Below, piece after piece: positions 37,772 to 45,542 of a stretch of 64,000 bases of DNA. The position numbers and the translations under genes were made by a program. Below the pieces are notes generated by a model that saw only the letters and a program-made list of their open reading frames with translations, had not been told where the DNA came from and did no database searches. The DNA is from an uncultured Oscillospiraceae bacterium (GTDB lineage Bacteria; Bacillota; Clostridia; Oscillospirales; Oscillospiraceae). Within the stretch, counting starts at the first letter, position 1, and each line of letters starts with the position of its first letter. Location: positions 6,650 through 70,649 of the forward strand of contig CALXCU010000060.1 of NCBI GenBank assembly GCA_944386885.1, written 5' to 3'.

Positions 37772-39106
37772 GTGCGCTTGGCTGTGATCACGACGAAATT
37801 TTTGGAAGAGTATGCACGGTATGCCGTGGGCCAGCTGAATCCGCGGTGTGACGTAGAGTTTTTTGTCTATCGGGACTTCCGGCATGTTGGAGAGCTCTAT
37901 CTGGAGCTGGAGAATCGGTTTGACGGTTTTTTGGTCAGTGGGCCGGTCCCCAAAGAGGCGATCCTCCGCCGGGCTGGGAGGCCCAAAAAGCCTGTGGAGT
38001 CCTTTGGCTCCGATGCCCAATGCTATTACGAGGTCTTTTTCCGCGTCCAGTACGAACAGCAAGACTTCCAGCTGGAACATGGCTACTTCGATCTGACTGA
38101 GTGGATGGATAATCCGCAGCCCATCGCCTCCTACCTGGCCGCCGGGACGTTTGGAAAGCTCCTGGACCAAGTCTATGAGTTAACCATGTTGCGCAGCCTG
38201 GAAGAGATTACCGAGCTGGAGCAGCGTGTTTTGGAAAAGCATCTGTCGCTGTGGCGGGAGGGAAAGATCCGCTACTCAGTCACCCGTTTCAGCAACATGG
38301 TCCCTCAGCTCCAGGCCGCAGGCGTGAAAGTCTATTTTGTCCACCCCCATTTGAATATCATCCGCTCGGCGCTGGAGGCCCTGCTCAAGGAAATCGATTT
38401 GGGCCAGATGTACGGCAACCAGCTGGCTATGATCCGCCTTTCCCTCCGGGACGAGGGGCTTTCTCCCGAGAAAACGTCGGTACGCCTGGACCAGCTGGAA
38501 GCCATTCTCTCCGCCTTCAATCAGGAGGAGTTCTGCGGTTTCGTGGTCCAGCGGGACCAGCGCGGCCTGAATGTCTTTACCCAGATCCGGGAGGTGCGCC
38601 GCCTGACCGAACAGTTCCAGTCGTGCGCTCTGCGCCCCGCCCTGGAGCGGCAGTGCGGCTTTCCCATTGCAGTGGGCTACGGCCTGGGGCGGGACGCCAG
38701 CCATGCCATGTTCCATGCCGTCTCCGCCGCACGGGCCTCCGCCGCCGATCCCAACGGTTACAGCTATTTCCGCGATGAGCGGGAGCAGGACCTCCCTCTT
38801 ACGAAAGAGCGTCCCGCCACAGTCTACCGCCCGGAGGCGAAGCTGCTGCGCAGCGACGCCCGGCGGCTGGGGGTGTCGGCCATGACCTTGCAGCGCCTGC
38901 TGGACGCCGTGGAGCATCTGGGGACCGATCAGGTGACCTCCCAGTCCCTGGCCTCCGCCCTGGGCGTCACCACCCGCAGCGCCAACCGCATTTTGAGCAT
39001 CTTGGCCCGTCAGGGCGGAGCACAGCTCCTCTTTCAGCACCAGAGCTGCGCCAAGGGCCGCCCGGAGCGGGTATACCGCCTGACCCTTGAAGCCCAGTCC
39101 TCATAA
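37772..39106 (+). CDS. Putative transcriptional regulator: unrecognised N-terminal half, degenerate GGDEF-like module, C-terminal winged-helix
   Basis: GTG start 6 nt after AAAGGAGGA. FPIAVGYGLGRDASHAMFHAVSAARASAADPNGY resembles the C-terminal part of a GGDEF fold but lacks the GGDEF signature. The C-terminus TSQSLASALGVTTRSANRILSILARQG is HTH-like. Confidence 0.5.
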   Translation: MRLAVITTKFLEEYARYAVGQLNPRCDVEFFVYRDFRHVGELYLELENRFDGFLVSGPVPKEAILRRAGRPKKPVESFGSDAQCYYEVFFRVQYEQQDFQLEHGYFDLTEWMDNPQPIASYLAAGTFGKLLDQVYELTMLRSLEEITELEQRVLEKHLSLWREGKIRYSVTRFSNMVPQLQAAGVKVYFVHPHLNIIRSALEALLKEIDLGQMYGNQLAMIRLSLRDEGLSPEKTSVRLDQLEAILSAFNQEEFCGFVVQRDQRGLNVFTQIREVRRLTEQFQSCALRPALERQCGFPIAVGYGLGRDASHAMFHAVSAARASAADPNGYSYFRDEREQDLPLTKERPATVYRPEAKLLRSDARRLGVSAMTLQRLLDAVEHLGTDQVTSQSLASALGVTTRSANRILSILARQGGAQLLFQHQSCAKGRPERVYRLTLEAQSS

Positions 39107-39121
39107 AGACCGCCTATTGGG

Positions 39122-39152
39122 GCCGGACAGCAAAAGCTGTCCGGCTCTTTTT
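39122..39152 (+). terminator. Rho-independent terminator after the regulator gene
   Basis: gccggacagc-aaaa-gctgtccggc followed by tcttttt. Confidence 0.85.
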
Positions 39153-39153
39153 G

Positions 39154-39373
39154 TGTCGATTTAAAGACATCAATTGTCTATATTTATTCTAGACATTATA
39201 GACAAATATCTTTGTCCTCTTTTTCGCAAATGGCCGAAATATAAAAATATACTTGAAAAATGTCGACTTTCTTTTATAATTATGTCTGTAATCATCTGAC
39301 ATTTGGTCTATTATTGTCTAAAATATGTCCTTTATATTTACATCCTCAGCTTCATTTCCTCTATTTAAGGACA
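39154..39373. repeat. AT-rich island with 12 TGTC/GACA half-sites (extended consensus about WTTGTCTAW) in both orientations
   Basis: Exact 4-mers at 39154, 39166, 39175, 39192, 39201, 39213, 39261, 39283, 39298, 39315, 39326 and 39370. Includes the inverted repeat TTGTCTATA (39174-39182) / TATAGACAA (39197-39205) flanking TCTAGA. Confidence 0.7.
39253..39280 (+). promoter_or_regulatory. Promoter TTGAAA-N16-TATAAT inside the AT-rich island
   Basis: -35 at 39253-39258 and -10 at 39275-39280. It would give a ~185-nt leader before the GTG at 39471. Confidence 0.5.
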
Positions 39374-39470
39374 TTTTTAGAGATAATATTCCTCCTGTGC
39401 GCACGGGAAAGCCAGATGACCGGGGCCCCTCCGTTATGACCACTCGAGCTTTGAAGAAGGAGGAATTATT

Positions 39471-40679
39471 GTGACATTTTGGAACCCCCTAACCTGTCTG
39501 ACTGGTTGTCTCCTGGTCTACGCCATCGGCGAATTCCTGTCCAAGAAAACCAAGGGCACCATCTCATCCCTGCTCTTTGCCTGCATCCTGTTCCTGGCTG
39601 GCTTCTGGAGCGGCGTGCTGCCCTCTGACATCACCACTCAGTCGGGCCTGACCACCGTGATGAGCAATTTCGGCACCGCCCTGATGATTACTAACATCGG
39701 CACCCTCATTGACCTGGAGGACATGATCCGCGAGTGGAAAACTGTCGTTATCGCCGTTTGCAGCATTGTAGCCATCGCAATTATCTGCTTTACTGTGGGC
39801 TCCTGGGCCTTCGGCCGGGACTTCGCTCTCATCGCCGCACCCCCGGTGGCCGGTTCCACCGTAGCCGGCATCATCGTTACCTCCGCCGCCGAGGCCGCTG
39901 GCCGGCCCGAGCTGGCCGCTTTTGCCGTGCTGGTGCTCTCGGTGCAGAAATTCTTCGGCATTCCCATCTCTACCTGGGGCCTGCGCCGGGATCTGAAGGG
40001 CAAGCTGGCCAGCGGTTATTTTGACAGCGACGCCAACGTCCACAGCAAGATCCACCTGCCCAGTATGCGTCTCTTCCCCGAGACCCCCAAGTACCTGCGC
40101 AGCAGCACCGTTTACCTAGTAAAGGTAGCAATTGTGGCCTGCATCGCTGACTTTGTGGGCAAAGCCACCCTCATTCCTGGCTCCGACCCGGCAAACTACT
40201 GGCTCAACCCCAATATCTCCTACCTGCTCTTCGGCCTGATTTTCGCCCGCATCGGCTTTTTGGAGAAAGACATCTTTGGTAAGGCCCAGTCCACCGGCAT
40301 CATCACGTTCGGCCTGTTGCTCATGCTCCCGGGCTCTCTAGCCTCGGTGGAGCCGGGCAACCTGCTCTCCATGCTCGTTCCCACCTTCGGCATCCTGCTC
40401 TTCTGCTCCATCGGCATTATCCTTGTCTGCGGCCTGGTGGGCAAGCTGCTGGGCTACTCCCCCTTCACCTCTGCCGCCATTGGCGCGACCTGTATGTTGG
40501 CCTACCCCGCCACCCAAATCATCACCACGGAGTGCGTGGAGTCCCTGGAATGTACCCCTGAGCAGCGCCAGAGGGCCATGGATTATGCCCTCCCCAAGAT
40601 GATCATCGCCGGATTTGTAACAGTGACCATTTGCTCGGTCATCTTCGCCGGCATCATCGTCCCCATCCTCTTCGCATAA
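39471..40679 (+). CDS. Polytopic membrane protein, putative transporter (family not recognised)
   Basis: GTG start 8 nt after GAAGGAGGA. About 10-12 hydrophobic spans. Sits upstream of two M20 amidohydrolase genes. Confidence 0.65.
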   Translation: MTFWNPLTCLTGCLLVYAIGEFLSKKTKGTISSLLFACILFLAGFWSGVLPSDITTQSGLTTVMSNFGTALMITNIGTLIDLEDMIREWKTVVIAVCSIVAIAIICFTVGSWAFGRDFALIAAPPVAGSTVAGIIVTSAAEAAGRPELAAFAVLVLSVQKFFGIPISTWGLRRDLKGKLASGYFDSDANVHSKIHLPSMRLFPETPKYLRSSTVYLVKVAIVACIADFVGKATLIPGSDPANYWLNPNISYLLFGLIFARIGFLEKDIFGKAQSTGIITFGLLLMLPGSLASVEPGNLLSMLVPTFGILLFCSIGIILVCGLVGKLLGYSPFTSAAIGATCMLAYPATQIITTECVESLECTPEQRQRAMDYALPKMIIAGFVTVTICSVIFAGIIVPILFA

Positions 40680-40719
40680 TCGCCCTGCTCCCCGCGGGAA
40701 AAAAGGAGTTGACAGCTTT

Positions 40720-42102
40720 ATGATCGGCAGCATTGCCATCCAAGAAATCGAGGCAAAGCGTCCCGCCCTGGACGCCCTCAGCCAGGCTATCTGGAGTCAT
40801 CCCGAGGCCGGCTTTCACGAATATGAGGCCTGCAAGAATGTTTCCGAACTTCTGCGCAAAGAAGGCTTTCAGGTAGAGGTGGGCGCCGGCGGTGTTCCCA
40901 CCGCCATCAAGGCTACCTTCGGTAGCGGCCACCCCGTCATCGGCTTTATGGGGGAGTTTGATGCCCTGCCCGGCCTGAGCCAGAAAGTCTCCACAGTGAA
41001 AGATCCCGTAGAGGAGGGCGCCTACGGCCACGGCTGCGGCCATAACCTGCTTTGTACTGCCCATGTGGGGGCCGTCATCGGCCTGAAGGAGGAGATGAGG
41101 CGCCAGAACCTACCCGGCACCATCATTTTCTACGCCTGTCCCGCCGAGGAGCTGCTCATCGGCAAGCCCCTTATGGCCCGCGGCGGCGCCTTTGAGGGCC
41201 TGGACGTGGCGGTGAATTTTCACCCCAACAAAATCAGCGAGGCCACCGTGGGGGTCTCCACCGCTGTGAATTCCATGAAATTTCACTTCAAAGGCCGCTC
41301 CTCTCACGCTGCCAACGCCCCTGAAAACGGCCGCAGCGCACTGGACGCGGTAGAACTCACTGACATTGGGGCCAACTACCTGCGGGAGCATGTGAGCAGC
41401 GACGTGCGCATTCACTATACCATCACCGACGGCGGCGTGGTGCCCAATGTGGTCCCTGACAAGGCCTGTGTATGGTACTATGTCCGGGCCTTCAGCCGGG
41501 AGGCAGTGGAGAACGCCTATGAGCGCCTGGTGAAAATCGCCCAGGGCGCAGCCATGATGACCGAGACCGAGGTAGAGGTGGAGTTCCTGGGCGGGTGTTA
41601 CAACACCATGAATAACCATGTTCTGGCTGAGCTGGTAGCCGAGTGCATGAACCGGATCCCCCAGGAGCCCTGGACCGAGGAGGAGATTTCCTTTGCCGCC
41701 GCCTTGGACGAGCAGAGCCCCGATTCCGCTGCCGCTACCCGGGCCAAGTACGGCCTGAGCCCCGACACCCACCTCTACTGCGGTCCGGGCAAGGTCACCA
41801 ATTTCAACAGCTATGGCTCCACCGACATCGGTGATGTGATGCATCTGGTCCCTACCGCCTATTTCTTTACCGGCTGCACCAACATGGGCGCCCCCGCCCA
41901 CAGCTGGCAGTTCGCTTCCTGCGCGGGCAGCTCCATCGGTGAAAAAGGCATGATCTACGCCGCCAAAATCATGGCTATGTACGGTGCGCGCATCCTCAAC
42001 GACCCCTCTATCGTGGCGCGGGCCAAGGAGGAATTCGACCGCCAGATGGCCGGCAAGACCTATAAGTGCCCTGTGCCCGACCATGTGGGCATTCCCAAGT
42101 AA
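40720..42102 (+). CDS. M20-family amidohydrolase, AbgB-like
   Basis: IWSHPEAGFHEYEA, GEFDALPGLSQK and GHGCGHN resemble the p-aminobenzoyl-glutamate hydrolase B subunit. Confidence 0.8.
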   Translation: MIGSIAIQEIEAKRPALDALSQAIWSHPEAGFHEYEACKNVSELLRKEGFQVEVGAGGVPTAIKATFGSGHPVIGFMGEFDALPGLSQKVSTVKDPVEEGAYGHGCGHNLLCTAHVGAVIGLKEEMRRQNLPGTIIFYACPAEELLIGKPLMARGGAFEGLDVAVNFHPNKISEATVGVSTAVNSMKFHFKGRSSHAANAPENGRSALDAVELTDIGANYLREHVSSDVRIHYTITDGGVVPNVVPDKACVWYYVRAFSREAVENAYERLVKIAQGAAMMTETEVEVEFLGGCYNTMNNHVLAELVAECMNRIPQEPWTEEEISFAAALDEQSPDSAAATRAKYGLSPDTHLYCGPGKVTNFNSYGSTDIGDVMHLVPTAYFFTGCTNMGAPAHSWQFASCAGSSIGEKGMIYAAKIMAMYGARILNDPSIVARAKEEFDRQMAGKTYKCPVPDHVGIPK

Positions 42103-42115
42103 AGGAGCGTGCGCC

Positions 42116-43312
42116 ATGTCTGATCTCCATCAAGAGGCCCTCAACCTGCGGGAGGAACTGGTCCGCTGGCGGCGCTGGCTGCATACCCACCCGGAACTGG
42201 GCATGGATCTGCCCGGGACGGCGGCGTATGTCCGCACCCAGCTGGAGGAGATGGGCTACACCGTTCAATCCCTGTGCGGCACCGGCCTAGCGGCTCTGCT
42301 GGAGGGGTCAAAGCCCGGCAAAACCCTGCTGCTTCGGGCTGATATGGATGCCCTTCCCATTCAGGAGGAAAGCGGTGAGCCCTTTTCCAGTCAGAACCCA
42401 GGTGTCTGCCACGCCTGCGGCCACGATACCCATACTGCCATGCTCCTGGGAGCCGCCAAGCTGTTGATGGCCCACCGAGAAGAGGTCTGCGGCCGGGTCA
42501 AGCTGGTCTTTCAGCCCGGCGAGGAGGGGGCTGGCGGCGCGCAGGCCATGGTGAAAGCCGGCGTGCTGGAGTCCCCCCATGTGGACGCCGCCATGGCCCT
42601 GCACCAAGTAGTCACCCGGCACAACGTCCCCTCAGGCACCCTGTGCTACACCCCCGGCGGGACCATGGCCAGCTGCGATGTCTTCCGCATTACCGTCCGC
42701 GGCAAGGGCTGCCACGGCGCAGCCCCCGAGTTGGGTGTGAACCCCATTCATCTGCTGTGTTCCATCTATCAGGCCATCCAGACTATCGAGTTCTGCGAAA
42801 AAAAGCGCCAGAGGCCCATGGCTCTCTCGGTTGGTCAGATCCAGGCCGGAGCGGCGGGAAATGTGATTCCCGGCGACGGTTTCCTCTGCGGCAGCCTGCG
42901 CTGCTTTGACACGGAAACCCGTACTTTGGCCAAGCGCCGCCTTCGGGAGATTGCCGAAGGCGTGGCCGCCACCCTCGGGGGCCGCGCCGAGGTGGAATTT
43001 TCCCTGGAGATGCCCCCCACCGTCAACGACACAGCTGTAGGCAACGAGATGTTCACCTATGCCAAAGAGGTGCTGGGCCCGGAGCGCACCGCCTATCTGG
43101 ACCCGGTCATGGGCTCGGAGGATTTTGCCGAAATCCTCACCCGGGTGCCCGGCGTATATTTCCGCCTCAGCATGGGCAGCTGGGAGGAGGGTTATCGCAT
43201 CAACAGCCACCATCCTGCCGTCCGTTTCGACGAGGATGCCATGCCCAACGGCGCGGCGGTGTTCGCCCACTGCACTCTGCGCTGGCTGGAACGCCATGCC
43301 TTTGAATCCTGA
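42116..43312 (+). CDS. M20D-family amidohydrolase (AbgA / N-acyl-amino-acid hydrolase-like)
   Basis: WRRWLHTHPELG, LLLRADMDALPI, ACGHDTH. AAAGGAG lies 8 nt before the ATG at 42116. Confidence 0.85.
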   Translation: MSDLHQEALNLREELVRWRRWLHTHPELGMDLPGTAAYVRTQLEEMGYTVQSLCGTGLAALLEGSKPGKTLLLRADMDALPIQEESGEPFSSQNPGVCHACGHDTHTAMLLGAAKLLMAHREEVCGRVKLVFQPGEEGAGGAQAMVKAGVLESPHVDAAMALHQVVTRHNVPSGTLCYTPGGTMASCDVFRITVRGKGCHGAAPELGVNPIHLLCSIYQAIQTIEFCEKKRQRPMALSVGQIQAGAAGNVIPGDGFLCGSLRCFDTETRTLAKRRLREIAEGVAATLGGRAEVEFSLEMPPTVNDTAVGNEMFTYAKEVLGPERTAYLDPVMGSEDFAEILTRVPGVYFRLSMGSWEEGYRINSHHPAVRFDEDAMPNGAAVFAHCTLRWLERHAFES

Positions 43313-43330
43313 ACGTTTTCTCTTCCATCC

Positions 43331-43368
43331 AAGACCGGCGCGGCCTGATCGGCCGCGCCGGTCTTTTC
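43331..43368 (+). terminator. Rho-independent terminator
   Basis: aagaccggcgcggcc-tgatc-ggccgcgccggtctt followed by ttcc. Confidence 0.8.
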
Positions 43369-43404
43369 CTGTTCCAAGCTTCTGATTACGGGTTAATTGG
43401 TTCG

Positions 43405-43437
43405 AATTTTACCTAAATTTTACTAAAATTTGACCAG
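43405..43437 (+). repeat. Three tandem 11-bp direct repeats (AATTTTACCTA AATTTTACTAA AATTTGACCAG)
   Basis: Read directly. One-helical-turn periodicity, about 85 bp upstream of the sigI promoter motif. Confidence 0.6.
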
Positions 43438-43518
43438 GTACAGAATACGCCCATCCCTTTTTTACCGTAAAATAGGAAAATAGCATTTCGTATTCTCTTT
43501 TTTTGAATGATTCGCATA

Positions 43519-43554
43519 GCGACCCCGAAAATCCGGCTGCAGCTTCGTATGCTA
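43519..43554 (+). promoter_or_regulatory. Sigma-I-type promoter candidate P1 (gcGACCCCG-N18-CGTATGCTA) upstream of sigI
   Basis: One of three copies of the same motif with identical 18-nt spacing. C-rich -35 and CGTA -10. Confidence 0.6.
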
Positions 43555-43577
43555 TTGCTGGAGGAGAAGATGGAGGG

Positions 43578-44330
43578 ATGCAGATGGTACGCACGGCGGA
43601 ACATGAAATCGTTTCCCAGGTCCGGGCGGCCAAGGCGGATACCGGTGCAGCTGACGCGCTGATCCGTCAGTACATGAGCTTTATCCGCAGCGAGACGGTG
43701 AAGTTTATCCACGCCCAGCCGGAAAACGGCCATGAAGATGAACTGAGCATCGCTATGCTGGCCTTTTATGAGGCGATCCTCGCCTATCAGCCGGGACGAG
43801 GCGCTTTCCTCTCCTTCGCGGCCAGAGCCATTCGAAACCGCCTCATCGACCACTACCGCACAGAGAAGCGCCACGGGAATGTCATCTCCCTCAATGCCCC
43901 CGCCGGGGCGGAAGAGGAGGAGCGGAGCCTGCTGGATACCCTGCCTGACGGGGCGGCAGATCACGCGGAGGACTATGCCCTCCGTACAGCCAGCCAGGCG
44001 GAAATCCAGGAATTTTCCGCCAAACTCTCCGGCTTTGGCATTACCTTTTCCGACGTGGCGGACAACTGTCCCCGGCAGGAGCGCACTTTGGCGGCCTGCC
44101 GCCGGGTGCTCGCCTGTGCCAGGGCCAACCCGGCGCTGCTCTCCCAGGTGGAAGAGACGGGCCGGCTGCCCATGGCCGAACTGGCAAAGCGCTCTGGGGT
44201 AGAGAAAAAGACTCTGGAGCGACACCGGAAATACCTGGTGGCCATTCTGCTGGCATTTACCAACGGCTATGAGATCATCCGGGGCCATCTCTGTCAGATT
44301 GGGCCCGCCAAGGGAGGGAGTGTGGAATGA
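43578..44330 (+). CDS. sigI: RNA polymerase sigma-I factor
   Basis: Region-2-like DELSIAMLAFYEAILAYQPGRGAFLSFAARAIRNRLIDHYR plus a SigI-type C-terminal domain (ITFSDVADNCPRQERT..., KYLVAILLAFTNGY). The start is 43578 or 43584. Overlaps rsgI by ATGA. Confidence 0.85.
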   Translation: MQMVRTAEHEIVSQVRAAKADTGAADALIRQYMSFIRSETVKFIHAQPENGHEDELSIAMLAFYEAILAYQPGRGAFLSFAARAIRNRLIDHYRTEKRHGNVISLNAPAGAEEEERSLLDTLPDGAADHAEDYALRTASQAEIQEFSAKLSGFGITFSDVADNCPRQERTLAACRRVLACARANPALLSQVEETGRLPMAELAKRSGVEKKTLERHRKYLVAILLAFTNGYEIIRGHLCQIGPAKGGSVE

Positions 44331-45349
44331 ACTATCTCGTGCTGGAGACCCACCCGGCCTATGCGGTCCTGTTGGACGAGGAGGGGCGCTTCCTCAAGGC
44401 GGCCAACCTCCACTACCAAGTGGGCGACACGGTGCAGAATATTGTGGAGCTGCGTCCCCCCCAGCCCCGCCGGGTCCATCCCGCCAAGCCTTTGGCGGGG
44501 GTGGCCGGCCTGGCCGCCTGCCTGTGCCTGGCCTTCTTCGGCTACTATCAGCCCAATTTTGTGGCCTACGGCACCCTGCGCATCCAGATCAATCCGGATG
44601 TGGAGATGACCCTCAGCCGCACCGACCGGGTCCTGGGGCTGGAAGGCCTCAATGCAGACGGCCTGATCCTGATAGACGGCTACGACTACCGGGGTAAAGA
44701 CCGGGATACCGCAGCGGAGGAACTGGTAGAACGGGCCATTGATATGGGCTACCTCTCCGACGGCGACACCATTTCCATTACGGTCAACAGCGGCGACGCT
44801 GGCTGGCAGAGCCGGGAGGAGGAGGAACTCCAGGCCCGGCTGGAGGAGAACTATGGTGAAACCATTGTCATCCAGGTTGGGGAGGCCGGGTCAGCCCCCG
44901 CCACAGAGGTGGTCATCCCCCTGCCGGTGGAAACCTCCGCACCGGCCCCCACTCCTCCGCCCACTGCCGCCCCCACCGCCGGGCCGGCCACATCCACCCC
45001 TGTCCCGATGCCGGAACCCACTTCCAGACCTACCGCGGCCCCTTTCCCCACACCGGTTCCTACGCCGGTCCCCACTCCAACGCCCGTGCCCGCCTCAACC
45101 CCCGGCGGTGACACGGACTACGGCCCCGGCGGCGACGGCGTCACCGATTACGGCCCCAACAACGACGGCGTCACCGACTATCAGGAGTCCTATGATCCCT
45201 ACCGAGATGGAGATACCGACTATGACAGGCGAGAAAACATTCTGAATGGCGGCCGGGACGAGGACGATGAGGATGATGAGGATGAAGATGACGGCGGGGA
45301 CGATGACGGAGATGACGGGGATATGGAAGAAGATGACGATAAGCGGTAA
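44327..45349 (+). CDS. rsgI: Anti-sigma-I factor RsgI-family protein with a Pro/Thr linker, acidic DYG repeats and a poly-acidic tail
   Basis: RsgI N-domain [34 protein letters not shown], a single TM segment [19 protein letters not shown], and a juxtamembrane domain INPDVEMTL...GLNADG. The C-terminus reads [24 protein letters not shown]...[22 protein letters not shown]. Confidence 0.85.
   Translation: MNYLVLETHPAYAVLLDEEGRFLKAANLHYQVGDTVQNIVELRPPQPRRVHPAKPLAGVAGLAACLCLAFFGYYQPNFVAYGTLRIQINPDVEMTLSRTDRVLGLEGLNADGLILIDGYDYRGKDRDTAAEELVERAIDMGYLSDGDTISITVNSGDAGWQSREEEELQARLEENYGETIVIQVGEAGSAPATEVVIPLPVETSAPAPTPPPTAAPTAGPATSTPVPMPEPTSRPTAAPFPTPVPTPVPTPTPVPASTPGGDTDYGPGGDGVTDYGPNNDGVTDYQESYDPYRDGDTDYDRRENILNGGRDEDDEDDEDEDDGGDDDGDDGDMEEDDDKR
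45110..45181 (+). repeat. Two copies of the DYGPxxDGVTDY repeat inside rsgI, with nucleotide identity to the downstream array
   Basis: tacggccccaacaacgacggcgtcaccgacta is identical to units of the 46329-46709 array. Confidence 0.8.
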
Positions 45350-45359
45350 TCTTTTTCCC

Positions 45360-45395
45360 GCAGCCCCGGTTTTCTCAGCCGCCTCTCGTATGCTA
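45360..45395 (+). promoter_or_regulatory. Sigma-I-type promoter candidate P2 (gcAGCCCCG-N18-CGTATGCTA)
   Basis: Same motif and spacing as P1. Located 11 nt after the rsgI stop. Confidence 0.55.
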
Positions 45396-45442
45396 CAGAT
45401 AGAAGCGGCGGGACCAGAAAAAAATCTTCATTTTTTCTCCCC

Positions 45443-45478
45443 GCGGCCCCGGTCTTCCAAGCCCCGCCCCGTATCCTA
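45443..45478 (+). promoter_or_regulatory. Sigma-I-type promoter candidate P3 (gcGGCCCCG-N18-CGTATCCTA)
   Basis: Same motif and spacing. Located 65 nt upstream of the lipoprotein start. Confidence 0.55.
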
Positions 45479-45542
45479 CCAACACAGAACACAAGCACCT
45501 GGAATACAAACCACACCCACTGTTTTTAAGGAGATGAACGAG

